A DNA stretch of 64,000 bases from Chrysomallon squamiferum (lineage: Eukaryota > Animalia > Mollusca), in the NCBI GenBank assembly GCA_012295275.1, contig CM022670.1:35030001-35094000 (forward strand). The letters run 5' to 3'. This document shows positions 45,442 through 60,026 of this stretch, piece after piece (within the stretch, counting starts at the first letter, position 1; each line of letters begins with the position of its first letter). Made by a program: the position numbers and the translations under genes. The notes beneath the pieces are model-generated. The model was not told the DNA's origin. It saw only the letters and a program-made list of their open reading frames with translations, and made no database searches.

Positions 45442-47532
45442 TTTCTGAACCTACCAGGACCTTATTAAAAAGGTAATAGACTGATTTATCGAAAACCTAA
45501 CACACATATAATATTCCGATTCCCTCTGGACTTAGCAATACACCACTCGCTGGAGTCTAAAATATCGGATAAACTCGAGGGTAATCGTCAAGGCCAAATA
45601 ACATAAAAGGAAGCCAGAACGTATTTATTGATATTTTGTGCATTTTGTCTCAGCTGTTTCAAACGTAATTAGTCGTATCGATATAAGCGCTACGTTTTTC
45701 TATCAAGCAGAAAACGTTCTCTAATATTCAATATAATGTTAAGTCATTTACGTTCAACATAACTTTAAGTCAATTACGTTCCTTATAAAATTCAAGCCAA
45801 TTACGTTCCAAGGTAATGTTAAATCAATGATTTTCATAACAGTAAAGCAATGATTTCCATAACATTAAAGCAATTATGTTTCACATAATATTAACTTAAT
45901 TACGTTGCACATAAAATCAAGTCCGTTACACCTACGTTCCCTATACTATTAAACCAGTTACGTGCCGTATAACATTAAGCCAGTTCCATTCCATTAATTC
46001 TGTTATTTTCTGCATAACATTAAGTCAATTACGTTCCGTGTGAATTCAGATTAATTACGTTTCATATATAACTTAAGCCAGTTACGTGTCATGTAATATT
46101 AAAGAAATTGCAACCCATGCAAAATCACTAAATCGCTTTTGTTCCATAACACTATGTCTGTTACATTTAACATAATATTAATCAATTATGTTTTATTTAA
46201 CATTAAGCAAGTTATGTTCTGTGTCATATCATGTCAAGCGTGTTTCATGTAATATTAAATAAATCATATTCTGTATGATATTAAGTCAGTCATTTAACAT
46301 TAAATTAACTACGTTTGATTTAACATTAATCCATCTGCTCTCCGAGTTAATTCAATTACGTTACACATAACTTTAACACATACCATGTATTAAATTAGTT
46401 GTGTTCGATATAACATTAAGTCAATTGGGCAGCAGTGGAATTTTCTTTTAACGTTATTTCTGTATGTTTCTATGTAAAGCAGTATTTCTGAACCTACGAA
46501 GACCTTATTAAAAAGGTAATAGACTGATTTATCGAAAACCTTAAACACATATAATATTCCGATTCCCATTGGACTTAGCAATACACCACTCGCTGGAGTC
46601 TAAAATATCGGATAAACTCGAGGGTAATCGTCAAGGCCAGTTAACATAAAAGGAAGCCAGAACGTATTTATTGATATTTTGTGCATTTTGTCTCAGCTGT
46701 TTCAAACGTAATTAGTCGTATCGATATAAGCGCTACGTTTTTCTATCAAGCAGAAAACGTTCTCTAATATTCAATATAATGTTAAGTCATTTACGTTCAA
46801 CATAACTTTAAGTCAATTACGTTCAACGTAACTTTACGCCAAATTCGTTCAACATAAACTTTAAACCAATTACGTTCAATGCAATGTTAAATCAATTATG
46901 TCTATATAATTGTAAACCAATTACTTTTCACATAATATTAACTTAATTACGTTGCACATAAAGTCAAGTCAGTTAAATCTACGTTCCCTATAATATTAAT
47001 CCAGTTACGTGCCGTATAACATTAAGCCAGTTCCATTCTATTAAGACAAATATTTTCTACATAACATTAAGTCAATTACGTTCCGTGTGAATTCAGATTA
47101 ATTACGTTTCATATATAACTTAAGCCAGTTACGTGTCATGTAATATTAAAGAAATTGCAACCCATGCAAAATTAAATCGCTTTTGTTCCATAACACTATG
47201 TCTGTTATGTTTAACATAATATTAATCAATCATGTTTTATTTAACCTTAAGCAAATTACGTTCTCTGTCGTATTATGTCAAGTGTGTTTCATGTAATATT
47301 AAATAAATCATATTCTGTATGATATTAAGTCAGTCATTTAACATTAAATTAACTACGTTTGATTTAACATTAAACCAACTGCTCTCCGAGTTAATTCAAT
47401 TACGTTACACATAACATTAACACATACCATGTATTAAATTAGTTGTGTTCGATATAACATTAAGTCAATTGGGCAGCAGTGGAATTTTCTTTTAATTTTA
47501 TTTCTGTATGTTTCTGTGTAAAGCAGTATTTC
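45442..47532. repeat. ~1043-bp tandem duplication (2 copies), each containing a degenerate ~24-bp minisatellite
   Basis: TTTCTGAACCTAC.A.GACCTTATTAAAAAGGTAATAGACTG begins at 45442 and 46485. Both copies end ...GTAAAGCAGTATTTC. Internal units resemble TAACATTAAGTCAATTACGTTCCA. Confidence 0.92.
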
Positions 47533-48625
47533 ATATTTACTCTTTCTCTATTCGGTTTAATAGCTCTTGGTAAATGACATATATTATCTTTGCACTGAAT
47601 TTTCTATAAAAATGTTTGTCTGTCTGTGTGTCTGAAACGTAACATGAAATGCAGACGTTTTTATTGATATATAAATTTTCTGGACGTTGTAAAAGTTATT
47701 TCGGTCGCATCTAACAAACTGCACTAGCTGGAACGGAACATAAAACCCAATGGAGGTTATGCACCAGGAGATAATCGATTGCTATCGTGAGTATTAAAAT
47801 GTTGTCTTTGTCAAAGTTAGTCGACTACGTAACTACCAATTATCGATTACTTTGGCCCGACTGTGGATTAATGCAACGGTACTGATTACCGTCAAGAACC
47901 GAAACATTCGATTACGTAATTATTCAGTAATATAACATATATAACATATGCCAAAAACATTTATATTTTATTCATTCTTTATTTCAATATTTCTCACAGC
48001 GAAACCTTAATTTTCTGAAAATAATAAAAATTAAAAAAGAAAACTCCAGTGGGAAATAATTGCAATACGTTTTAATTTAATTATACTGTCAATGAAAAGA
48101 AAGTACGTTGTTTTTGACAGTTCATTTCTCAGAATTCATTTTGCTGAGTGTTTCCAGTGAGTATTTACAAAAGGTCAGGTGTGGTATAAACGTTTGCGGT
48201 TATTGTTTTATTATTCATCGGTCGACCCTTAGGTGTATTTTAATGAACACCGAAATATCAAATAAATCTGTTAATGACAGTTGATATTTGTTAAACGTTG
48301 ACATCTTGTCACGGTCGCATACTTACCTTATTAAACTGTTGTACAGGCTCGTATACAAATTTACACAAACAAATGAATCGCTGAAAAGGTTAACATAAAT
48401 TTTACAGCAGTAATTTAAATAAATGCGTATGGATATTCACTTGTGTCGTTTTTGCAAGTGCAATCCTTGTTATAATATTATAATAGTGCTTTAAGTGTTA
48501 AAATATATTCGTATTAAAATTGATGACAGAGAAAATATGGTGTGTTGTTCTTCAAAATGAAATACTTTTTAAATGAGTGTCTTGAATATTCTCTGATCGA
48601 CATATTGTTGTTAATAAAATACAAG

Positions 48626-48668
<43 letters not shown>

Positions 48669-49119
48669 ACGAACATCTGCTTAAACATTTATTAGTTACT
48701 TTAAGAATCTTTCATGAAAAAAAAAGAAAAAAAAACAGACAACAGTCACAAGAAAACAAACAAAAATAATAATAACCAAATAATAAAAATAAAATCTGTA
48801 GGTAAAATATTTTTCTATCAATTATTCCAGAAAATCATTAGATAAACATTTCCTCTGTTATGTAAACACGAAACAACAACCTCTCTGCAGAGACAGTTGT
48901 TCACTTAACAGTGTTTGTTTTCATCACTGCAAGCATCGTTAGGAATTGAAGTGTCTATAGACAGAGTGTGAACATAAACACTAGTGTTGTCACATCGTTA
49001 ACTTGACACATGTATGACTTCATCCTTGCTTCGTCAGTTTTCTGTGTAATCCGTGAAGCGCTTTGACGTTAAGGTTCATGTTTGGTTGTTATTGTAACCA
49101 CTCGAGTGACTCGAGTATT

Positions 49120-50095
49120 GAAATAACGACCGTTACACTTCACAGCGTTACGTATTCATATAACGACGACCGTTACATCTCACGTCACTGTTGATATATA
49201 ACGATTATTACAAGTTCGTGATATTGAAATAACGAGTTACATTTCACGTCACTGTTTAAATAACGACTATTACAAGTTCGTGATATTGAAATAACGAGTT
49301 ACTTTTCACGTCACTGTTTAAATAACGACTATTACAAGTTCGTGATACTGAAATAACGAGTTACATTTCACATCACTGTTTAAATAACGACTATTACAAG
49401 TTCGTGATACTGAAGTAACGAGTTACATTTCACGCCACTGTTTAAATAACGACTATTACAAGTTCGTGATATTGAAGTAACGAGTTACATTTCACGTCAC
49501 TGTTTAAATAACTATTACAAGTTCGTGATAGTGTGTGTTGAGATAACGAATATTATATTTTACTTCACTGATTGATGAAATAATTACTGTCATATTTTAT
49601 TTCATTGAGTGTTGATATAACGACTGCTACATATTATGCCGTAGACTGTTAAAATACAATTGTTGTATCTCAGGTCACTGAGACTGAAATTATATCTGTT
49701 AAATTTCGAGTCTGTTATTGTTGAAATAATGACTATTACAAGTTCATAGCCCTGAATGTTGAAATATCGACTGACAATCTCACGTCACTTTAAAACGACT
49801 GTTATATCTCACGCAATGTTGAAATAACGACTATCACAAGTTCGTGATACTGAATGTTTAAATAACCCCTATTAAAACGTCATGTCGTTGAATTTTGAAA
49901 TAACAACTGTTACATCTCATGCCATTTATTTCTGAAATAACGCCTATTACAATGTCAAGTAATTTAATTTTGAAATAATGACTATTACAGCTTCAAGTCA
50001 CTTAATTCTGAAATAACAACTGTTGCATTTCATGTCTCTGAATGCTCAAATGACAACCCTCACAGCTCTTGTTTCTGTTGAAGTAACAACTGATA
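49120..50095. repeat. Minisatellite: homogeneous 62-bp units (~5 copies) grading into diverged ~35-bp monomers
   Basis: TTACAAGTTCGTGATA recurs at 49208, 49270, 49332, 49394, 49456 and 49515. The core GAAATAACGACT(G/A)TTAC persists, diverged, to ~50090. Confidence 0.9.
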
Positions 50096-50287
50096 GAATT
50101 CATTTCATTATTCGCTGAACTGACTAAATCAAAGGTCTGAGATTGATTTCGTTACCGATGTTGCAGCTAGATTATATCCAGAGGTTATTATATCGTGTCA
50201 AGAAAATTGACTGATTGAAAATTCACCCCATTAAGGAAACATCTTAGTTTTAGTCGTTTAAATGTAATGATATTTATATGTGTTATA

Positions 50288-50337
<50 letters not shown>

Positions 50338-51241
50338 TGTGTGTATGTGTGCGTGTGTTTGTGTGTGTGTTGTGTGTAAACAAAGCGCATATTACTGTAT
50401 TGTAATTTTTAGCATCTACAACAGAACAGAATATAACTGTATCGATGACCCACTATATATTACTATTATCAACTACCATCTATGGATCTTTCATCCGCAT
50501 ATTCTCATATATTGGGAAGGACATATCAATGTCTGATAAACCAGTCAGTGACTACTAGCTGCAATGATATTTATCTCTACGGGGGTCATACAAGATGACT
50601 GATTATGCCACCCAGCAAGCCGTATCCATTTTCTTTAATTACTGAACAACGAGTTTACACCTATTCCAAAAAGCAAATGAAGTGATTTTTGAAGGTGAAA
50701 TAAAAAAATAAAAAAAATTCGTATTTTAATAGTAAAATAACGTATCATATATTATATTTGATGAACGTAAGAATTTCCTTAAATGCTAGAATATAATAAA
50801 TAATTATTAACTGACTGGTGATGATATAATTAAAATACAATTGATCTACTGTCTCCCGTCTTTATCGAATGTAAGTATATATATATATAATGCATGTATT
50901 AGCTTTGAAGAACGTCTATAAATAAAGAGAGTTCGAACAAGACCCATTTCACTGCAATTTCAGTCGTAGACTGCTTTTGATTCCATTGCAGAAGCAAATA
51001 AAAACGAGTTCAATAAAATCCGAATTGATCGAGGGTTGAAAAATATCGAATCGATCTTGTAAACAAAGAAAGCTTGGGCGCCATCGAACGCGATGATAAA
51101 TTCTTTTAGGAAAAGTTAATGATTCATTTATTTTACCTAACATTTTATATAGAGTGTTGATAGACCTTGCACGTGTTTGAAACGTCGAGTTATCATTGTC
51201 ACGTGATTTTGGAGACGCAATTGCAATGGACTAATTTTTAA

Positions 51242-51301
<60 letters not shown>

Positions 51302-51748
51302 CATCATCATCATCATCATCATCGTCATTGTTATTAATAACAATAATAAATAAATAAATAAAATTGAAAACAACAGAGGTAGTAGTGGTGGTAGCTGCAG
51401 TAGTAATAATAGTAGCAGGGGTAAAAGTACTAGTAGTAGTAGTCGCAGTAGTAATGGTATTAGTGGTAGTAGTAGTAGTAGTAATCACATCATCGTCATC
51501 GTCATCATTCATAACTACAATGCTATGATACTATCAACCAAGGCTTCAAGTTGCTAATTTTTCTAGCGCGTAACACAAAACTTTAGTCTCGTGCACTCTG
51601 ATCTTCTGTTGTAAAATGTAACCCGAGAATGGCAACAGAAAGAACAATTGACTTATAAACAAAAAACAGACAATACAGATATGGATTAAAACATGTATTA
51701 AATGTAAATATGTTCTAATCTGTTTGTATATATTTTCATAATGTGTGT

Positions 51749-51797
<49 letters not shown>

Positions 51798-52538
51798 ATT
51801 TTTTCTTATATCAGTGAGAAAACCATTTTGTCCCTACCCTGAAGTGAATATATTTTCTCACATCCAGAATATCATAAGTATAAATCATTATATGTCAGTA
51901 TATAACCCAACATTTAAAATGTGTTTAATTACGTTCATTTTTATTATTATTGTACTTCCAAATTACAGTTATGTAAAAAAAATCAAATAAAAAATAAAAA
52001 TAAAACAATTAAAATACAACAATAAGACACCTAATACTATATTTCGATTAATTCTCCTTGAATATCCAAACTTTGAACTCTTTGATTTAGTAACTGTATA
52101 TCTTAAAAGGAACGGAGTACATTGCCGCTTAGGGCCTCTGATCTAATTTAGTCATTTCCCAGATGTCTTTATTTAATTAGCAAATGTTAATTTAGCCGCG
52201 TGAAGAACTTAACATCGTAGTTAATTACAATGCGCCATTGATCACATTAATGCCAGGGCAATGACAGAGCAACAATGATGAATGTGGAAAACTGAAACGT
52301 ACGTTGTTGACGACTTTAATTATGGATTACTGGGTTTCAGAGCGTAAACAAGAGTTGTGTGTGGGTTTTTTAACTACAAATGTTTGCAAGGTGATTTAAG
52401 GAATCGTCTGGTGTATTTTTTAAACAGAGCTCCATTAAATATACAACACTGTTAGATTGTGTGTGTCTGTGTATGGTCTTTCTGAATGTTTACTGTGTGT
52501 TCGATGGAGATGGATAAATAGAGAGGAACAGACATAGA

Positions 52539-52627
<89 letters not shown>

Positions 52628-53019
52628 AGTGTAGGTGAGTTTAGGTATGTGAGTGTGAACGTCTAAAAGAGTCGTCAACAATGACGAAATATAAAAAAAC
52701 GTGAACATAATTTTCGTCCATACAGTTGATTTCCTTTGTTAACATTACAGCCAGCATTCACTAAGTTTGATGAACTTTCTTAAAATTTGCACTGCCGCTT
52801 TGCAGCAACTGTCTGAATGTTTTCAATACTCATTCTTTGATTTTTATTTTTTAAAAGTTAAAAATTCTGTAGATTAGTTTGGAGAATAAGGTGCAAGCGG
52901 AAGTGAAGTAATTTACTGTCCTTCCTGAAATTATTGAATGCGAATTTTTATTCTTTTTAAAATTTTTTTTATATATATAGTTAATTCAATAATATGACTG
53001 ACTGTCACTTCCTGTCTAC

Positions 53020-53225
53020 TGTAAATCGAAGGATCGACCGTCGGTGGAGTCCTATTTCCCAATCCAGCCAAGCCATCTCAGCACTGATACATTGATTTTC
53101 CTTTCTCTGGGAAGGTGCATTTTAATAGATTCCCTGGATGCTACTTAACTTATATTAGATCAGTGCTTGGCGGCGGCAGATTTCAGTTTTCATTATCTGC
53201 ATGATGCTTAACCATGTGTAAAACG
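53020..53225. mobile_element. Degenerate dispersed (SINE-like) repeat fragment; related fragments at ~23325-23440 and ~29210-29330
   Basis: The fragments share an ordered set of motifs, TTTCCC..TCCAGC...TGGGAAGGT..., with the segments downstream of the macro genes. Family assignment is pattern recognition only. Confidence 0.35.
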
Positions 53226-54415
53226 AGGGATTCGTCAAATGAAACATTTACGTCATCTCTTTACTGATATAGGTTTAAACATTTCTAGTGGTTGAGTCAT
53301 CTGTGTTTCCAACAGAACAGAATGACTGGAAATCTCTTGGTAGAGCTTTAATAAATTCACTCATGTGACTTATTAAGTGTAAGTCATAATTATATGTAAG
53401 GAAGGGATTTGGATCTCAAATTATATTTATTTTTCCGGTTGATGAAAAAATTATCTTTACGTTCCTTTGCAGTCTTAATCTTAATGGCTCTTTCTTTTCA
53501 TGGATGGATGAACAGATGGATAATTAGACACGTAGTTGAAAGGATCTGCTTCTTTGGCGTTTATGCCTTTGAGGTTTCGATATTCGAGCACTAAATATAA
53601 ACACGTATGGACAAGTACAGTTTAACTCTGAGATGAAAACGAACGTAAGTGGTGTTGGGTGTTCAAAGAAAACGTCATCTTGCTTTTTCAGAAAGCACTT
53701 TTAGCGATTTATTCTGTTTTTCTGACAGGTTTATAGCAGGTTATCCATCTAAACACCATCATAATCTTCCTATAAATCTACTGCATTTCCAAGACACGAC
53801 TCATGGTGTTCATCAAAAGATGTGGTTGAAAAAATATAAGTTCTTACACTAACAAAGTAAAGCCAGACACCGCAATAAATATGAAAATCCTTTGATCTGA
53901 TGTAATAAAGATCTTTAATGGAAGCACTAACTTTTTCATTTTCGTAGGAATTATAAAAGAAAATGACCTCTTTCCAGAATTAAAGAGTCCACGTAGTGCA
54001 TTTCCTTTGTCAGATTTCAAACATTCTTTATTGTCAGTGCAGATGTATCGGAATATCTGCAATAATATACGACAGAATACTTTATACATATAAATATAAA
54101 TTTTAACTAGTGTCAATTTAGCTAAAATACATAATTTATTTACAACATCGTCATCACTGATGTACCTGATAATGGATATGATGGTGGTTGTACTGTTTAT
54201 AGTGGTTGGTGGTCTTGTGGATTTGCTTACTTTTTAATTACGATATTAAAACATTTACTTGTTTGTTATATTCAAAAGAATACAACTGTGCATTCATAAA
54301 TTTCCAAAGTAAAAAAAAAAAACAACAAAAACCCACTAAATAACCTTTAGGCCATGAACTTAAATAGCTTTTGCTATTTCTAGAAAGCTAACAGCATTTA
54401 TTGTTTCTATTCTAG

Positions 54416-54681
54416 GAGAACTGCACGTGCCTCTGGAAGTATGCGGAGCCGTCGTGAAGAGAGAACTCGACTTCTGGCAAATGAACGAATCTGAGATCAA
54501 AGCTTGCTGCTGGCGACACTATCGTTCGTACATCGAGAACCAGCGAATTCTCGATTCGTTCGACAACAGTTTGAAAAAGGAGCAATTCAGCGTGGATCTG
54601 GATACCATGACAGGCTGGAAGCGATTCCAGATGAAGATCTGGCTTATCTTAGACCATCCAAGAACCTCAAGAACTGCCATG
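54416..54681 (+). CDS. Voltage-gated K+ channel, Shaw/Kv3-like, second coding exon (rest of T1 and pre-S1 linker); transmembrane exons lie beyond the window
   Basis: The acceptor TTCTAG|GA joins in phase: G-ELHVPLEVCGAVVKRELDFWQMNESEIKACCWRHY...WKRFQMKIWLILDHPRTSRTAM|GTGCGT. It contains the HX5CX20CC zinc motif of Shab/Shaw/Shal T1 domains. The preceding intron (33906-54415) is 20,510 bp. Confidence 0.9.
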
Positions 54682-54785
54682 GTGCGTACAACCAATTAAT
54701 TATTTTATTTATTTTTTTTTTTTTTTTTATTTGATGTTTCGTTTCCCAACAGCATTTATAGGACTGTTCCAGAAATGATTGAAGA

Positions 54786-54944
54786 TAGTGGTGGCAGTAG
54801 TTAATAAGAATGGTGTTAGTGGTGGCAATAGTTAATAAGAATGGTGTTAGTGGTGGCAATAGTTAATAAGAATGGTGTTAGTGGTGGCAATAGTTAATAA
54901 GAATGATGTTAGTGGTGGCAATAGTTAATAAGAATGGTGTTAGT
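54786..54944. repeat. 31-bp minisatellite, ~5 copies
   Basis: GTTAATAAGAATGGTGTTAGTGGTGGCAATA repeats with period 31. Confidence 0.92.
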
Positions 54945-55208
54945 TCTGGAATGATTTAAGTGAGTATAATGGAATAAGATACTGGGTTAAGATAAAGCAG
55001 TGTGGAAAATACGTGTAAATATTTTAATTCAGTGTGGTAGCAATTGTAACCGGGTACAGTTAAAGGATTATGTGGGCGAAAAAATCTAGATATAAATTAA
55101 ATTATTTCGGATGATGGCGTTTTTTCTCCGTTATAATCTCTGCAAACTATTTTCAGATTTCTGAAGCAGTCCTTCATTTTGCGTTTTGATATTTACTTTG
55201 AGCTTAAG

Positions 55209-55252
<44 letters not shown>

Positions 55253-55928
55253 GCTTCATAATTCAATTAAATACGTAATAATTTTATTAAACATTCTTAT
55301 AATTTGTTGTTCGTTTGTTGCACTTGCATGTGACATACACAGTGTTGTGACGTAGAATATCCAAACCTCCAAAACCCAGGCTGACGTGTCGCATCTGTAG
55401 TCTTAATTATTACTAGACTCTTGTATTTTAATTACATATTATACTAGCATCCATTTACTGTAAAACTGTGTCGTTAAAACAAATAGCTTTTACTTCTTGT
55501 ACTGTATATTTTTAATGTTTTAAATATTATATCTGAATATGTACATATACAGAGTGTGTGTGTGTATACGTGTATGTGTATTTGTATATATATATTAGTT
55601 ATTTAGTGAATGAATATAAATATATAAATATATATATATATTTAAATTAAATGTATAAAAGGTGGACGGAATTACTATCTATATGGACAGACTGACAGAC
55701 GAATGCACGGAGGTGAAGTGAATGAATTAGTTAATGACTGAAAATAATATCTAATATATTTGTTGTCTTTTCCCCCATACAGTTAGTTATTCAAAATTAT
55801 CATAATTTAATGGTTTGATGTGATATTTATCAGTATTGGGTAAAATGTGTTTAAAAGTCACATATCACCATCTCTTGGCATATCAAACGTTTTCATTTTT
55901 TGTGTGTGTGTGAGCGTGTGTTTTAACC

Positions 55929-55994
<66 letters not shown>

Positions 55995-57255
55995 CTCTGT
56001 AAAATTGTCAAGTCTCGAGTTCTGCTTTTCATGTAAAGATCGATTCGCTTCGGGGTAAATTGTGTAGTCGCCAATTTAAACACTTCTCCAGAACAGACAA
56101 GAATCTGAACGTTAACGCTGAGATGAAAATGAACACAAGTGTCACAGTATTCTATAGGAGATCAGAGTCTTTCATTTCTGACTGAAGTCGAGAAGTAATA
56201 AAATAATCATAAAATAACCGCATTAAAGAGATCGTTATTGGAAGCACTGACTTTATTTTATTTTATTATTTTTAAATCTCTTGGTAGTGAAGTGAAAATA
56301 AACACAACGTGATCTGCTGTCCAGTTAAAAGTGATTTATTATTGTTATTGCTGTTGTTGTTGTTGTTGTTGTTCTTTTTCTTCTTCTTCTTCTTCTTATT
56401 ATTATTATCATCATCATCATCATAGGATAAAAGCTGAAAAAAATGTCTGATAAAGAATAGTTTTGATATAATTATTTCAAAAACTTAAGGTCTATTTGAT
56501 CACGTAAATATTTTGTTATGATCATCATCAACAACATCACCATCATCATCATCATCATCATCAATTACTATTTATTGCTTTTATCTTTCACCTCACCGAT
56601 AATAACAAAAATACGTTATGTGATATTCCTACAGAAAAAAGAGACAAACCACGGTTGTGTGTCTTGTTGAGAAGATGTATTGTGATGTGGCCAATATGAC
56701 TCTCGGCTCTGTTCAAGCCAGAATCGATATTTCCCCCAGGCTTTTATGACTGCTCTGCTTAGACTAACGGCCAGCACCTGTAGATAACGAATTAACTGAA
56801 CATCACACTTCCATAGAGGCAAATGCACAATATGTGTAATATGATTGTGACGACGTAAATACGTTATCTGACCTTAGAGCGGGAATTCTTTGAATAAACA
56901 AACGAGAGATGAAAAATCGTAACACTGAATCTCGTTACGATTTAAGTTTTTCTGAGAAGCTAAATCTAAAAGTTTTGTTTTATTCTTGTTTTTTGTTTTT
57001 GTTTTTTTAGTAAAATTATTATGCTTTTTATTTGAATTTTATTTTATTTGAATTATTTTTATTTGAATTTTATTTTATTTGAATTATTTTTATTTTTATT
57101 TTTATATTATATTATATTATATATATATACATATATATAACTGTAATCGATATATTATATTATATATTTATTTCTTAAATTTTTTTTGCTTTTTATTTGT
57201 ATATTCTTTTTTCTTTATTATTATTTGTATTTTATTAATTCTTCTTCTTCTTCTT

Positions 57256-57286
<31 letters not shown>

Positions 57287-58021
57287 TTATTATTATTATT
57301 ATATTTTTTTTTTTTTTATTTTTTTACATTATGATTAACTGATTCATTAAGAAGTCAGTCAGTAACGATTCTTCCACATACTAATCCTAATATTAATACT
57401 AACATTAAAATTAATAATAATGATGATGATGTTGATGTCTATAATGATAATAATAATGGCAATGGTAATGATAATGATAATAATAAACCTGTCGAGGATT
57501 TTACTTTTTATTCTCTAATTACATAAGAACAATTTTTTATATATTATAATGACTATGATGATGATAATAGTAACAACAGTTTATAACCATGATGATAATG
57601 ACGACGATTATAACAAAAACAACAATAATAACGAAGATGATGATTACCATCATGGTAACGTTGACGACGTTGATGATAACAATGTTGACGTCAACCGAAA
57701 TAAATGATATTAATTGTTTTATACCTTTCACCTTGACAGACTGATTAGAGCTCTGTATCCCACAATGTCACACGTTACACAGACAATGCAAACAACATTT
57801 GTCATTTTGTTATTGATTCTCTTTGCTGTCATTCTTTCTAAAATCTGTTTATCAGTGATAGTTATGAGTCTATAAACATAAAGGTAGTATAATCATGATT
57901 ACAGTTATTTATGCGATCTGCTGATTCCAGCTATTCTCAAAGAATAAATTCGTTCATTTTGTAATCAAATAGCTAAAATGTAGTGTCATTATATGCAAAG
58001 AGAGACAATTGTTCTGTGTGC

Positions 58022-58141
<120 letters not shown>

Positions 58142-58476
58142 TCAAGAAGATGGGCGAAACATTTGGCATGTTATTTTCTTTTCTTTGTTTATTTCCTTTT
58201 TTCATTCTTTCTATCTTTCTTCTCTTTTTTTTTTTTTTTTTTTTTTTAAACTATTTTTATCACGGATAAACACAAATTCCTATATTACGTTTCATTCATT
58301 TGTTTATTTGAGTTAATGTGTAACTGTTATTCTGCGACACGAACTGGTGTTTACTCGAGGGATAACTCAACCCCTTGTTATCTCTCTGTATCGTTCGCTG
58401 TTTGTCATGATTTAAATCTACTTAATGGGGAGAATGGAGTCGAGAGGCCGTAGAAGGCCGCTTGATAGGGATAACA

Positions 58477-58509
<33 letters not shown>

Positions 58510-58676
58510 GGTTCAGTGTTAAAGTATTTTTGCGAAGAAGAGGAAGAAGAAAAGCGTTTTTGAAAAATTCTCTGTAATTTATGTCACGTGGTTATTGCAT
58601 AATGATGAATGGAGGTCTCTGCAGGCCGCCATTTCTTTGACTGTTTTTAGTTAGCTATGAATACACACACACACAT

Positions 58677-58939
<263 letters not shown>

Positions 58940-59951
58940 AATATCTGTACACAGTTTGGAATTCCCAGAGTTCCACATTTCAAATGAACATACCACATAA
59001 TGTGCTTTGAGACTTTAGATTCTTCTTCAGTGTAATTATTTTTCTCCTCTCAGTCGCCTTGAGATTTTGTCAATATTTATGCAATTCATCAAACTTTCAT
59101 TTAGAACGTGCTTACTCAAATGCTGGTTTAAACATTAAGGTTTTGGTCACATTATCCCGAATTTTCGATTTTTTTATTTCCAGATGTTTTAGCTTTTTAG
59201 AGTTACAGAATTCTATAGAGACTATAAAAGTAATATGATTATTTGCATAAACAGATATTTAATAAACAGTGCAGGGAACTTAACCCCAGTAAGTGTCTGT
59301 CTTAACGTATAAGAAATTTAATATGTGATTTTTCAATTATTTTTATTTTTGGCTTTATGCAAATATTACGTCTTTGATTACTTCCGGGATGAAATTGCTG
59401 GAAAATATCCATCCGCCTGAACTGATCTGTGACAGTTCGAATCAATTCTCAAAACAATAATCAAGGGGAAATAATTTCACTCAAAATGCAATTCGGTCAT
59501 ACTTCAATTTTTCTGCTCCATTTCCACAGAGATGTGATAAATTTTATTGACGATAACTACAAAAGATAGCGGTTGAGCCAGTTTGCCTCTTTGCAGGGTG
59601 AATCCTCTGGACGTATTTATCATGATAGCTAAGGGAATCATAATTACCAAATGAAATGTGGATATAATTTCGTCTGTTCCTTTTAAGAAACAATAATTAG
59701 GTCACTGGTTTACAATAGTGTAGGTCATAATTTAAAATAAAAGGAAAAAAAAAAAAAAAGAAGAGAAAAACGATAATCCTACTTAGTAAGAATACACTGA
59801 CGTACTGATGTATCATACAACAACACTTTTATTATTCACATTTTAATTCGTAAATAAAACGTTTTAACAACACTTCAACATTTTAATAGAATCGTACATT
59901 CATTTTACATTAGCAATCACATCTCTTGCAAAAATACGCTCTGTAACTTCT

Positions 59952-60026
<75 letters not shown>

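Noticed and set aside
53620-56260. Short similar patches on both sides of the channel exon (CTGAGATGAAAA.GAAC..AAGTG; TGGAAGCACT.ACTTT)
   Set aside because: They are too short and diverged to define a duplication or element by eye.
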